Positions 39,788-51,963 are shown, counted from the first letter of the stretch. The stretch is DNA of 64,000 nucleotides from Myxococcales bacterium (GCA_047601445.1 JASGJH010000001.1:608001-672000), one strand, 5' to 3'. Notes: generated by a model from the sequence alone, not told the origin. Numbers and translations: made by a program.

Positions 39788-41755
39788 ATGACTGAGACGT
39801 CTGCCCAAGCACTGACTGCGGCCACCAAGGCGATTCGTGTGTTGACCGTGGACGCGGTCAGACAAGCCGGCATCGGTCACGTGGGACTGCCGCTCGGGTG
39901 CGCCGAGATCGGGACCGTGCTCTTCGCCGAGGCGCTCAAGCACAACCCTCAAGATCCCCAGTGGTTCGACCGCGATCGCTTCGTGCTCTCAGCGGGCCAC
40001 GGCTCGATGCTGCTGTATTCGCTGCTTCATCTAAACGGCTATCCGGTGTCGCTGGACGACATCTCGCGCTTCCGTCAGCTGGGCTCGAACACCCCTGGCC
40101 ACCCCGAACACGGTCACACCCCTGGCGTGGAGACCACCACCGGCCCGCTCGGCCAGGGCCTCGGCAATGCTGTGGGCATGGCGCTCGCCGAGCGCCTGCT
40201 TGCTGCGCGCTTTGGCAGCGACCTGATCAATCACCGCACCTACGTGCTGGCGAGCGACGGTGACTTGATGGAAGGCGTGGCCTCCGAGGCCGCCTCCCTG
40301 GCAGGTCACCTCAAGCTCGGCAAGTTGATCGCCTTCTACGATCACAACGGCATCACCATCGACGGCAAGACCGACATCTCGTTCACCGAAGACGTGGGCA
40401 AGCGCTTCGAGGCCTACGGCTGGCAGGTGCAGCACATCGACGGGCACGATCCCGCCCAGATCCGTGGCGCGCTGAAGAGGGCTCAGGCCTCCGAGGACAA
40501 GCCCCACCTGATCGTGGCCCGGACCCAGATCGGCTTTAGTTCGCCCGCAGCCGGCACCTCTCCCGCGCACGGACACCTGGCCGATGCCGCGGTCGATCAG
40601 ACCCGCCAGAACCTCGGCTGGACCCTGCCGCCCTTCCAGCTGCCGAGCGATTCCTACGTCGCCTTCGAAGACGTCAAGAAGCGCGGCGCCGAAGCCCAGC
40701 AAGCCTGGGAGCAGCGCAAGCAGAAGGCCCTCGAGAACCCGGAGCTGCGTGAGCTCTGGCAGCGCATGGTGGAGCGCAAGCTGCCGGCGAACCTCGACTC
40801 GTTGTTGCCCGACTTCCGCAAGGACAAGCCGATGGCCACGCGCCAGGCTTCGGGCAAGTGCATCAATGCGGTGGCCAAGGAGGTGCCCTCCTTGATCGGC
40901 GGCTCGGCGGATCTCGCGGGCTCCAACGGCACCGCCATCAGCGGCGAGAAGTTGGTGCAGGCCGGGGAGTTCGGCGGTCGCAACCTCGCCTTTGGTGTGC
41001 GCGAGCACGGCATGGGCGCCATGGCCAACGGCATGAGTCTGCACGGGGGCATTCGCCCTTACGTGGCGACCTTCATGGTCTTCAGCGACTACATGCGGCC
41101 CGCCATCCGGCTCGCCGCTCTGATGCAGCAGCCAGTCACTTTCATCTTCACGCACGATTCTTTGTTCGTCGGTGAGGACGGCCCTACGCACCAACCCGTC
41201 GAGCAGGTGGCTTCGCTGCGCGCGATCCCGAACCTGCAGGTGTGGCGTCCAGCGGACCCCCGTGAAACGGCCGCGGCCTGGCACGTGGCGCTGACGCGCA
41301 ACGATGGTCCGGTGGCGATGGCCCTCACGCGCCAGAACGTGCCCACCCTCGAGCTTGACGGCGTGGAGCAGAAGGCCTTGCGGGGTGGCTACGTAGTCGT
41401 CGACTGTCAGGGCGAACCGGAGCTCGTGATCGTGGCCACTGGTTCCGAAGTGGGGCTCGCGGTCGAAGCGGCGAACACGCTGCAGAAGAGTGGCCGTCGC
41501 GTGCGCGCCGTCTCGCTGCCGTGCGTGGAGCTGTTCCTCGCGCAGGACGAGAACTATCAGCACGAGGTGCTCGGCTCGGCCAAGCGGCTGTGCGTCGAAG
41601 CGGGCGTAGAGCTCGGGCTCGCGCGCGTGATGCGCCCCGGCGACCGCTTCCACGGCATGCGTTCGTTCGGCGCCTCGGCGAGTTACAAGAAGCTCGCGGA
41701 GCACTTCGGTTTCACCACCGCGCATGTGCTCTCGCTCGCCGACCAGATGCTGTGA
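39788..41755 (+). CDS. tkt: Transketolase
   Basis: [56 protein letters not shown]. Confidence 0.97.
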   Translation: MTETSAQALTAATKAIRVLTVDAVRQAGIGHVGLPLGCAEIGTVLFAEALKHNPQDPQWFDRDRFVLSAGHGSMLLYSLLHLNGYPVSLDDISRFRQLGSNTPGHPEHGHTPGVETTTGPLGQGLGNAVGMALAERLLAARFGSDLINHRTYVLASDGDLMEGVASEAASLAGHLKLGKLIAFYDHNGITIDGKTDISFTEDVGKRFEAYGWQVQHIDGHDPAQIRGALKRAQASEDKPHLIVARTQIGFSSPAAGTSPAHGHLADAAVDQTRQNLGWTLPPFQLPSDSYVAFEDVKKRGAEAQQAWEQRKQKALENPELRELWQRMVERKLPANLDSLLPDFRKDKPMATRQASGKCINAVAKEVPSLIGGSADLAGSNGTAISGEKLVQAGEFGGRNLAFGVREHGMGAMANGMSLHGGIRPYVATFMVFSDYMRPAIRLAALMQQPVTFIFTHDSLFVGEDGPTHQPVEQVASLRAIPNLQVWRPADPRETAAAWHVALTRNDGPVAMALTRQNVPTLELDGVEQKALRGGYVVVDCQGEPELVIVATGSEVGLAVEAANTLQKSGRRVRAVSLPCVELFLAQDENYQHEVLGSAKRLCVEAGVELGLARVMRPGDRFHGMRSFGASASYKKLAEHFGFTTAHVLSLADQML

Positions 41756-41870
41756 CTTCGACGTTTTAGCCTGCGGGCGAGCGCGACCTTTCTCCGCTCG
41801 CGCGCCCGAGGGCGCGCTCCGACGGTCTCCCACTTTCGCGCGTTCACCCGCAGCCTCTCATGGAAAAACG

Positions 41871-41898
41871 TTGACAAGGGCGTACAGGCCTTTAGTCT
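41871..41898 (+). promoter_or_regulatory. Putative sigma70 promoter
   Basis: TTGACA (41871-41876), 16-nt spacer, TAGTCT (41893-41898), 12 nt before the leader ATG. Confidence 0.65.
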
Positions 41899-41910
41899 AG
41901 GCGTATTCCC

Positions 41911-42093
41911 ATGCGTTTTTCCCTTCCGCCAGCACTACGCAGCAGCGACGCCATCAGCGCGTCGCTGAACGCTATTTGTGCGGCACGCGTGGGCTATGCC
42001 AGCAGCGTAGGTATGTTCGATACCCGTTGGAGCGCCCATAAGCGACCGCCCGCGGCAGGTTTCCCGAGGAGTCAAGACCCCTCTCATCACTGA
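41911..42093 (+). CDS. Putative attenuator leader peptide (60 aa)
   Basis: ORF between the promoter and the terminator; stop lies 9 nt before the terminator stem and its 3' part holds the antiterminator arm. Confidence 0.55.
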   Translation: MRFSLPPALRSSDAISASLNAICAARVGYASSVGMFDTRWSAHKRPPAAGFPRSQDPSHH

Positions 42094-42102
42094 AACCAAA
42101 CG

Positions 42103-42140
42103 CCGCGGGCACCCAGAAGGGTCCCGCGGTTTTCGTTTTT
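42103..42140 (+). terminator. Intrinsic terminator (attenuator) upstream of the MATE gene
   Basis: CCGCGGG-c-ACCC / AGAA loop / GGGT-CCCGCGG, followed by TTTTCGTTTTT. Confidence 0.85.
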
Positions 42141-42250
42141 GCCATCTGTCCTTCGCGCAGCCCGACGCGGAGGCGTGCGGCTGGGGAGCGTCCTGCGCTC
42201 GACCTTGGCGCTCCGATCTATTCGCGGTGTTCCTCGCAGAAAGAACCATC

Positions 42251-43633
42251 ATGGAACCGCCCATAGCTTCTGCCTCCTTCGAGCGAGCCCTGTCATGGGA
42301 GCGCACGCCCACCCAGGCGTTGGCCAAGCTCGCCTGGCCGATCACGCTGAGCGGCTTGAGCTTCGCAGTGATGTCGCTGGTGGACACGCTGTTCGTGGCG
42401 CGACTCGGGGCATCGATGCTGGCGGGCGTGGGGCTCGGCGCGGTGATCACGAATGGCTTGATGGGCTTCGGCTTCGGCGTGCTGCGCGGACTCAAGGTGC
42501 TGCTTGCGCAGTCGCGCGGATCGAGCTCGTCGGAAGCCGTGCGTGCTTACGTCGGCGGTGGCCTCTTGCTCGGCTTTTGGCTGGGGCTCGCTGCCCTGGC
42601 CCTCGGTGAGTTTGCGGCCTGGGTGGTCCCTTACTTTACGGCCAGCGTCGAAGCCGGACGGGCGGCACGCGAGTACATCGCGGTGCGCTCGCTGGGGGCC
42701 CCGATCATCGTGGTCTACGTGGCGTTGCGTGAAGGACGCTATGGACTCGGCGACACGCGGTCACCGCTGATCTCTTCGTTGGTCTCCAACCTGCTGCACG
42801 CGGGGCTCGACTACGTGGCGTTGTTCGTCCTGGGCTGGGGCGCCGCCGGCGCGGCACTCGCGAACGTGCTGGCGTTCTCGCTCCAAACCGGGCTCTTGGC
42901 TCACGCGCAAGGGCGCGGCGCGTTCACCTTTGGTGAAGCGGAGTTCAAGGCGCAGTTCGCGGTGCTGCGCGCGGGGGCCTTTACGGGCCTGCAGTGGGCG
43001 CTCGAGATCGGCGCTTTGGCCTTCCTTGCGCTGCTCTTGTCGGGGCTCGGTGATCTGCCGATGGCCGCGCATCAGCTCGCGGTGCAGCTGGTGATCTTCT
43101 CGTTCCTGCCAGCACTGGCGATCGCGGAGTCGGCCTCGATTTTGGCCGGCGAAGCCGTGGGGCGCGGTCGTACGGCTGCGGTCCATGGGGTGGCCAAGGC
43201 GGCACGGCGAGTTGCGCTGGGCTACGCGAGCCTGTGCGCGCTGGTCTTCGTGCTGGGTGGGCGATCGCTGGCGGCGTTCATGACGCAGGATCAAGCGCTG
43301 CGTGAGACGGCGCTCCCCGTGTTCTGGGCGGCGGCTACCTACTTGTTGCTCGAGTCGGTCACCGTCGCTGGCAACGGTGTGCTGCGTGGTGTCGGTGCCC
43401 AGCGCTTCAGCGCGCTGTGCGCCCTGGGTTGCGCGTGGCTGTGCACGCCGGTGCTCGGATACCTGTTCACGCGGGTGCTGAGCGTCGGCGCGGCGGGCGG
43501 CTTTCTCGCGCGCGCGTGCGAGATGGCGCTCGCGGGGACGCTGGTGTGGCGACACGTGGATCGCAATGCATGGCTCGAAGTGGCTGAACGCTCGCGGCGC
43601 TCGGTGCTGAGGCAGGCAGGAGCGAAAGCATGA
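42251..43633 (+). CDS. MATE family efflux transporter
   Basis: LAWPI, VDTLFVARLG, GDTRSPL, GAAGAALA, AHQLA, GVLRGVG; about 12 hydrophobic segments. Confidence 0.92.
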   Translation: MEPPIASASFERALSWERTPTQALAKLAWPITLSGLSFAVMSLVDTLFVARLGASMLAGVGLGAVITNGLMGFGFGVLRGLKVLLAQSRGSSSSEAVRAYVGGGLLLGFWLGLAALALGEFAAWVVPYFTASVEAGRAAREYIAVRSLGAPIIVVYVALREGRYGLGDTRSPLISSLVSNLLHAGLDYVALFVLGWGAAGAALANVLAFSLQTGLLAHAQGRGAFTFGEAEFKAQFAVLRAGAFTGLQWALEIGALAFLALLLSGLGDLPMAAHQLAVQLVIFSFLPALAIAESASILAGEAVGRGRTAAVHGVAKAARRVALGYASLCALVFVLGGRSLAAFMTQDQALRETALPVFWAAATYLLLESVTVAGNGVLRGVGAQRFSALCALGCAWLCTPVLGYLFTRVLSVGAAGGFLARACEMALAGTLVWRHVDRNAWLEVAERSRRSVLRQAGAKA

Positions 43634-43647
43634 GAAAGGAAGTTCCA

Positions 43648-43968
43648 ATGTCGACGCTTTACTTGGAGAGTGTAGGGCTGGCCTCCGACGTGCGTGCCCT
43701 GTTGTCCCCCATCGCGCGGCGCGACCAGGATCTGGCCAAGCGATTGCGGCGCGCCTGCGACGGAGTGCCCGAGCACATCGCCGAGGGCATGTGCCTCACG
43801 GGCCGGCCGCGGCGCGTGGAATACGAGGCAGCGCGCATCTCCGCGCGCGAGGCCATGGCTTGCCTGCGCGCTGCGGAAGGCGTGGGCTTTCTGAGCGACG
43901 GCGGGGATCGCTTGTACTCACGGATCGAGGGGATCGTGCGCCGCATTTCCACGACCCTGGAGAACTGA
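43648..43968 (+). CDS. Four-helix bundle protein (23S rRNA IVP / bAvd-like)
   Basis: DLAKRLRRACDGVPEHIAEG...ARISAREAMACL resembles the family pattern QLRRAa.Sv..NIAEG...A.GS..E; AAGGA SD before ATG 43648 (alternative start 43630). Confidence 0.78.
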   Translation: MSTLYLESVGLASDVRALLSPIARRDQDLAKRLRRACDGVPEHIAEGMCLTGRPRRVEYEAARISAREAMACLRAAEGVGFLSDGGDRLYSRIEGIVRRISTTLEN

Positions 43969-43993
43969 TGACGACTGAAGAACGAGGGAGCTT

Positions 43994-44095
43994 ATGTTCT
44001 ACGTCTTGCGCAGCACATACTATGCGGCGCGTTCCTATCTGTACTTGGCACGCTCCGGCTACTATCTGGCCCGCGTCCGCTTGAGCCGTTGGTGA
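43994..44095 (+). CDS. Small Tyr/Arg-rich heptad-repeat peptide (33 aa)
   Basis: GAGGGAG SD; MFYVLRSTYYAARSYLYLARSGYYLARVRLSRW; a hairpin follows the stop. Below the ORF track size cutoff. Confidence 0.55.
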   Translation: MFYVLRSTYYAARSYLYLARSGYYLARVRLSRW

Positions 44096-44115
44096 GGGAG
44101 GGCACGCGCCCTCCC
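44096..44115 (+). terminator. GC-rich hairpin at the end of the MATE operon
   Basis: GGGAGGGC-acgc-GCCCTCCC, perfect 8-bp stem, no U-tract. Confidence 0.5.
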
Positions 44116-44205
44116 GCCCATCGCGGCCAAGCCGCGCTGGGACTCATCCACCGCGAGGTTCGTTGCGCTCACGAAGTGTGCGCGTATTGCGGCAGGGCTC
44201 GGGCC

Positions 44206-45402
44206 TTACGGGAGGTTGAGCCCGCGCTCGTCGAGCAGGTACACGCGGTCACTCAAGCGGTGCGGGGCACGTGCTGCGTCTTCACGGGCGCGCGCCTGCA
44301 TGGCTTCGACCAACTGCGGATTGTCCGCGTCGCAGGCGAAAAAGGTGTCGCGGTGAGGAATGGCCAGAGCTACGCGTGCGCCAATCCTCGCACGCAGCTC
44401 TGCAGGCAGCGCCGGCAACACCACGCGGGCCGAGTCGCGTCCATCGCCGGTGCGCGCCACGAAGATCGGCCCCTGCGGGGTATCGCTGCGGCTGATGCGT
44501 GACGTCTTGGAGTTCGCTGCGAGGTTGCGCCATGCGATCTCGAAGGCCTCCGGCCAGGTCGCGCCCCAGGCCGCGAGCTCCGACTCGCGCACGTAGCGCG
44601 CGCGCCCCTTGTACTCGAGCAAGAGGGCGATGCCGAGCTCCTCTGTGAGCGGCGCGCTGGCCAACAAGGTTCGGCCCGAGCTCGAGAGGTCGCGCAGCGA
44701 GTCCGCCCGTACCAGGCGAGGCATCAGGCGCTGGCGCGCCTCGCTCAAACTCACCTCCGCTTCCGCGCTGCCTGGCAGCATGGACAGCAGGCGATTGGCC
44801 ACGTTCTCGACGGCACCTTCGTCCTGGTCGCGTGTGCTCTCGACGGCTCGCTTCAGGTCGATCTCCAGCGGTTCCCCCGTTTCCGGACTCTGCAGGGTGA
44901 GCGTGAGATCGAAGTGCGCGACCAGCGTGAGCTCGGGACGCTCGAGGGCCAAGTTGGTGAGGAAGCGCGTTACCACGCGCGAGATAGGACCTCGGCCACC
45001 CGCCTCCGCCTCGGCCATGCTCACCTGACGCATCAACTCTTGCTTGGGGCTCGGTGCATCGAGCACGCGGTCGATCGCCGCGAACGGATCGAAGAAGCCG
45101 TGTTGCCCCAGGCGCACGCGGTGCACCGTGCCCCGTGCCACGTGGGCACCTTCGCCCACGTGGTCGATCAACAACAGACCGAGCAGCGCGCCCGATCCCT
45201 CGATGAAGCGACGTTCGTCTTCGTCGTTCACGTGTTCCAGGGCCAAGAAGCGCAGGATCTCCTCGCACAAGAACACGATGCCCGGGGCACCGCCGCGAAA
45301 CTCGCTTGCCGCGTCGCCCAGCCTCTCGTGCAAGAAGCCCTCGGCGGCCTTCGCCAGGGGGCCCGCGCATTCGCCCAGTTTTCCGCCGAGCCATGGCAAC
45401 AT
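44206..45402 (-). CDS. Hypothetical protein with a DUF1444-like C-terminal domain
   Basis: ATG overlaps the mltG stop; LMPRLV, AWRNL, GDGRDSARVV, AIPHRDTFF, LSDRVY. Confidence 0.65.
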   Translation of the reverse strand: MLPWLGGKLGECAGPLAKAAEGFLHERLGDAASEFRGGAPGIVFLCEEILRFLALEHVNDEDERRFIEGSGALLGLLLIDHVGEGAHVARGTVHRVRLGQHGFFDPFAAIDRVLDAPSPKQELMRQVSMAEAEAGGRGPISRVVTRFLTNLALERPELTLVAHFDLTLTLQSPETGEPLEIDLKRAVESTRDQDEGAVENVANRLLSMLPGSAEAEVSLSEARQRLMPRLVRADSLRDLSSSGRTLLASAPLTEELGIALLLEYKGRARYVRESELAAWGATWPEAFEIAWRNLAANSKTSRISRSDTPQGPIFVARTGDGRDSARVVLPALPAELRARIGARVALAIPHRDTFFACDADNPQLVEAMQARAREDAARAPHRLSDRVYLLDERGLNLP

Positions 45403-46472
45403 CAGGGGCTCTCCTTGATGCGCTGATTGTGATCTTCGAGCGAGTGACTGAAGGCGTGTCGGCCGCCTCCCTTGGTGACGAAGTAGAAGTAGTCGTGCGC
45501 GGCTGGTGTGAGGGCAGCCTTCAGGGAGTCGAGACCGGGACTGCAGATGGGGCCGGGCGGTAGGCCATCGCGTCGGTAGGTGCTGTAGGGGTTCTCCGGA
45601 TCGCGCAGCATGGCGGGCGTGATGCGGCGACCATCGTATTCGGCGCAGGTAGGGACCTTGTCGCGTGCTACCAGGCAGCCGTAGGCCACGGTGGGATCGG
45701 CCTGCAGACGCTTGGGTTTGAAGGTCTCGTCCACCAGGCGGTTCATGAACACACCCGCGATCACGGGGCGCTCGTCCGGCACGCGGGCCTCGCGCTCCAC
45801 GATCGAGGCCAGCGTCAAGAGCTGGTGCGGCGTGAGTGAGAAGGGCGCGCCGTCGTGGGCCATGGCGTAGGCATCGAACAGGGCCTGAGTGCGCTCTCGG
45901 AACACCCGCACCATGCGTGTCAGCACGGCATTGGCGTCGCTCTCCTGGCTGAAGTCGTACACGGCTGGAAAGAGGTAGCCCTCCACGCTGTCGGCCTGGA
46001 CACCAAGACGCTGGAGCAGGGCAGGGTCGCTGCCGGCGCTGAGCAGCGCGGCGCGTGAGGCGACCCCGAAGCGCTCCAGTCGTGTGGCTGCGTCGAACCG
46101 CGTGAAGCCCTCCGGCAGCAGCACACGCACCTTCGACGTGCCGAAGTTGCGGGCCAAGCGCGGCAAGAGCTCGCGCACCGAGAGGGCGCGGTTCAACACC
46201 ACGTAGCCTCGGCGCAGGTTCGACTCCACGCCCATCAAGCGGAAGTAGATGGTCAGCGCCCAGGCATCCGAGACCACCTTGTCCTCGGCCATGCGCTTTG
46301 CCAAAACCTCCGCCGTGGCGCCTGCCGGCAGCTCGACGACGAAGTCCTTGTACGGCGTCACCTGGTGCCGGTTGGGATACACCAACATCAACCAGATCAA
46401 GCAAGCCGTGCCGGCCGCCCACAGCGCGAGGGCGGCGCGCGCGATCAGCTGGCGTCTACGTTCAGCGGTCAC
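45402..46472 (-). CDS. mltG: Endolytic transglycosylase MltG
   Basis: N-terminal TM, PEGF, EGYLFP, LASIVEREA, RLQADPTV, GLPPGPI. Confidence 0.93.
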   Translation of the reverse strand: MTAERRRQLIARAALALWAAGTACLIWLMLVYPNRHQVTPYKDFVVELPAGATAEVLAKRMAEDKVVSDAWALTIYFRLMGVESNLRRGYVVLNRALSVRELLPRLARNFGTSKVRVLLPEGFTRFDAATRLERFGVASRAALLSAGSDPALLQRLGVQADSVEGYLFPAVYDFSQESDANAVLTRMVRVFRERTQALFDAYAMAHDGAPFSLTPHQLLTLASIVEREARVPDERPVIAGVFMNRLVDETFKPKRLQADPTVAYGCLVARDKVPTCAEYDGRRITPAMLRDPENPYSTYRRDGLPPGPICSPGLDSLKAALTPAAHDYFYFVTKGGGRHAFSHSLEDHNQRIKESP

Positions 46473-46887
46473 CGCGCCCTCGCTGGGCGTCCAGGTAGCT
46501 CTGGAGCAGCAGCGTGGCTGCGGCCTGGTCGATGAGCGCCTTCTTCTTGTCGCCCTTGAGTCCGGAGCTGCGCAGCTCGCGCTCGGCGGAGACCGTCGTC
46601 AGGCGTTCGTCCCACATCACGACGGGAATGCCGCTCGCCTTCTCGAGCGCGCGCCCCAGGAGCTCGGCGCGCTTGGCTTCGGGGCCCGCGCTGCCGTTCA
46701 TGCGCAGCGGCAAGCCCATCACGATCTCGCGCACCTGGAGCGCGCTGGCTTCCTGCGCCAGGGCGGACACGAGCAGCGGGAGCTTGTCGCCGGCCAGCGT
46801 CTTGTGGGGCGAGGCCCACTCTCCGCTCTCGTCGCTGACCGCGAGTCCAACGCGGCGCAGCCCTGGATCGACCCCCATCCTCCGCAT
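46462..46887 (-). CDS. ruvX: YqgF/RuvX pre-16S rRNA nuclease
   Basis: GVDPGLRRVGLAVSD, GLPLRMNG, WDERLTT, IDQAAA..LLQSYLD. Confidence 0.93.
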   Translation of the reverse strand: MRRMGVDPGLRRVGLAVSDESGEWASPHKTLAGDKLPLLVSALAQEASALQVREIVMGLPLRMNGSAGPEAKRAELLGRALEKASGIPVVMWDERLTTVSAERELRSSGLKGDKKKALIDQAAATLLLQSYLDAQRGRGDR

Positions 46888-46905
46888 GCTGGGGGAGAGT
46901 AGCAA

Positions 46906-47583
46906 CTACGGCTCCGGTGGTCCGTCGCGGAATGCGAGTTCGGCCTCGAAGAGGGTCGCCAGATGTCGCACACAGCGTTCGCCCACCTCGCCCTGCGCGA
47001 TGCCGCGCGCGCCCAGCTCTCGCGATAGAGACGTCACGCCGCGTCCCGCGATGCCGCAGGGCACGATGGCGCCGAAGCTATCGAGGTCGGTGCTCACATT
47101 CAGCGCCAGACCGTGCATGGTGACCCAGCGGCTGATGCGCACCCCCACGGCGCCGATCTTGTTCTCGCCGACCCAGGCCCCGTTCAGACCTTCCACACGC
47201 GCTGCCTGGACCCCGTAGTCGGCGCAGGTACGGATCATGGCCTCCTCGAGGTCTTTGACGTAGCGGCGGACGTCCTCGCGGTCCGGCTTGAGATCGACGA
47301 TGGGGTACATCACCAGCTGACCGGGCCCGTGGAACGTCACGTCGCCGCCGCGGCCGGTCGCGAACAGCTCGTAGCCGCGCTCGTGCAGGGCATCCTCGCT
47401 GAACAGCACGTGCTCCTGCTTGGCTGCGCGTCCCAGGGTGATCACCTTGGGATGCTCGAGCAGGAGCACGGTGTCGCCGATTTGCTCGGCCTGTCGCGCA
47501 GCCACCAGGCGCTCCTGCAGCGCGTGCGCCTGTGCGTAGGGCACGCTGCCGAGACGGTGCACTGTGAAACTGCGTGTGACCAC
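46906..47583 (-). CDS. lipB: Octanoyltransferase LipB
   Basis: LLEHPKVITLG, RGGDVTFHGPGQL, KIGAVG, HGLALNV, IVPCG. Confidence 0.95.
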   Translation of the reverse strand: MVTRSFTVHRLGSVPYAQAHALQERLVAARQAEQIGDTVLLLEHPKVITLGRAAKQEHVLFSEDALHERGYELFATGRGGDVTFHGPGQLVMYPIVDLKPDREDVRRYVKDLEEAMIRTCADYGVQAARVEGLNGAWVGENKIGAVGVRISRWVTMHGLALNVSTDLDSFGAIVPCGIAGRGVTSLSRELGARGIAQGEVGERCVRHLATLFEAELAFRDGPPEP

Positions 47584-47598
47584 GACGACCGCCGGAGC

Positions 47599-49008
47599 TT
47601 ACTTGTTGAGCACGTGGACGGCTTCGCCCAGTGCGTGCTTGAAGGACTCCATCATCGCCTCGCCCAGGGTGGGGTGAGGGTGGATGGTGAGGCCCACGTC
47701 TTCGGCAAAGGCACACATCTCGATGGCCAGCGCGGCTTCGCTGATGAGGTCCGCCGCCTCGGGACCCACGATGCCCACGCCGAGCACCTCGTTGGTCTCT
47801 GCGTCGATGATGGTCTTGATGAAGCCCTCGGTCTCGCTGACCGCCATGGCTCGACCGGACACCGAGAAGGGGAACTTGCCGATCTTGATGGCCTTGCCCT
47901 GGGCCTTGGCTTCCTTCTCCTTGATCCCCGCGGTGGCGATCTCCGGATCCGTGAAGATGGCGGCAGGCATCACGCGCCAGTCGCGCGCGGACTTGTGTCC
48001 GGCCAGTACCTCGGCCGCGATCTCACCCTCCTTGGTGGCCTTGTGGGCCAGGTAGGGCGGTCCGCTCACGTCGCCCACGGCGTAGATGGTGGGCATGTTG
48101 GTCTGGATCAGCTCGTTGGTCGGGATGTGGCCGCGCTCGTCGAACTTCACGCCGACTTCCTCGAGCCCCAGACCCTTGGAGTTCGGACGGAAGCCCACTG
48201 CCACCAGCACGGAATCGGCCTCGATGACGCGCTCCTTGCCGTTGTGTTCCACGGTGACGCTGGCCTTGTCGCCCTTGACGACACAGCCTTTGGCCTTGGC
48301 CTTGGTGAGCACTTCGCCGCCGCGCGAGGTGAAGCGCTTCTCCACCACCTTCACCAGGTCCGGATCTTCGGTGGGCAGGAGCTGATCCATCATCTCCACC
48401 ACGATCACCTTGGAGCCGAGCTTCTGGTAGACCATGCCGAGCTCGAGCCCGATCACGCCGCCACCGATGAGCACCATGGTGCCAGGCACCTTCTTCAGGC
48501 TCACCGCCTCACGCGCCGTGATCACCACCTTGCCGTCGAGAGCAAAGCCCGGGATCTGGATGGGCGTCGCGCCGGTGGCCACGATGATGCCCTTCTTGGC
48601 TTCGTAGGTCTCGGTGCTGCCGTCGGCCTTGGTGACCTCGACGCTGGTAGGCGACTTAACTTTGGCGGTACCCATCACGGTGTCCGCCTTGTTCGCCTTG
48701 AGCAGTCCGGCCACGCCGGTGGTGAGCTTCTTGACGATGCCCTCTTTCCAGACCTGGAGCTTCTCGACGTCGACCTTCACTTCGCCGACGGTGATGCCCA
48801 TCTTGTCCGCGTGGCGAATCTTCTCCACGGTGCCGGCGGCCGCGATCAGCGCCTTGCTCGGGATGCAGCCCCAGTTGAGGCACACGCCGCCCCAATACTC
48901 CTTGTCCACGCACAGGGTCTTCAAACCGAGCTGTGCTGAACGAATGGCGGCTGGATATCCGCCGGGGCCCGCGCCGATCACAATTACGTCGTAAGTCGCG
49001 TTTGCCAT
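47599..49008 (-). CDS. lpdA: Dihydrolipoyl dehydrogenase
   Basis: GAGPGGY, GGVCLNWGCIPSK, GGGVIGLE, HPHPTLGE. Confidence 0.96.
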   Translation of the reverse strand: MANATYDVIVIGAGPGGYPAAIRSAQLGLKTLCVDKEYWGGVCLNWGCIPSKALIAAAGTVEKIRHADKMGITVGEVKVDVEKLQVWKEGIVKKLTTGVAGLLKANKADTVMGTAKVKSPTSVEVTKADGSTETYEAKKGIIVATGATPIQIPGFALDGKVVITAREAVSLKKVPGTMVLIGGGVIGLELGMVYQKLGSKVIVVEMMDQLLPTEDPDLVKVVEKRFTSRGGEVLTKAKAKGCVVKGDKASVTVEHNGKERVIEADSVLVAVGFRPNSKGLGLEEVGVKFDERGHIPTNELIQTNMPTIYAVGDVSGPPYLAHKATKEGEIAAEVLAGHKSARDWRVMPAAIFTDPEIATAGIKEKEAKAQGKAIKIGKFPFSVSGRAMAVSETEGFIKTIIDAETNEVLGVGIVGPEAADLISEAALAIEMCAFAEDVGLTIHPHPTLGEAMMESFKHALGEAVHVLNK

Positions 49009-49179
49009 GTCGTTGGTTCGCTTTCCGTCCACTCTGCCTTGCGGGCGGGGCCGCCCGCGAGGCTCTGAAACTGCGGGCGGGGCCGCCCGCGAGCAGCCTA
49101 AGGATAGCCTCGCGCGCACGTCCTGCCCCTCGGGTCCGTCGTTTGGACAGACTTTTGCGTTTCCGTGCGGATTTCCCGG

Positions 49180-49596
49180 CTACTTGGTCATGCCCAAGAC
49201 GACGCGCCAGCGACCCTGTTCGCGCACCATGGGCACCTCGATGGGGTCACCCTTGTCGATCAAGATCGACACCGTGGCTCGATCTCCCTCCACGTCGGCC
49301 GTCATGCGCACACCTGCGAGGCTTTGGCCGGCGAAGCTCACGCGGCCAGGCACCAACATCTCCCAAGCCTTGAGCTTGCGCCCGGCCAAGGAGTTCGACA
49401 GCCGCGCGCGCTCGGCCAGCGCGTCCTGGCTGTGAACGTCGATCCACTCGAAGGCGATCTTGCGCTGCTCGGGCGCGTGGGTGCTGCGCTCCACCGCCGT
49501 CAGGAATGCTGCCAGCGCCTCGGTGGGACCGAGATCGCCCGGGTCGGGCGCGCAAGCGAACAGCAGGCAGAGGGCGAGGCAGACGGCGCGCAGCAC
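49180..49596 (-). CDS. Putative lipoprotein (NTF2/DUF4878-like)
   Basis: Lipobox LLFAC; C-terminal PMVREQGRWRV. Confidence 0.65.
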   Translation of the reverse strand: MLRAVCLALCLLFACAPDPGDLGPTEALAAFLTAVERSTHAPEQRKIAFEWIDVHSQDALAERARLSNSLAGRKLKAWEMLVPGRVSFAGQSLAGVRMTADVEGDRATVSILIDKGDPIEVPMVREQGRWRVVLGMTK

Positions 49597-49605
49597 GCGG
49601 CGAGC

Positions 49606-51963
<2,358 letters not shown>

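Noticed and set aside
43630..43968. Diversity-generating retroelement suggested by the Avd-like four-helix protein
   Set aside because: No reverse transcriptase and no template/variable repeat pair seen in the window.
44206..46422. 738-aa ORF as a single protein
   Set aside because: Its N-terminal half is an alternative frame of mltG; the credible start is ATG 45402.
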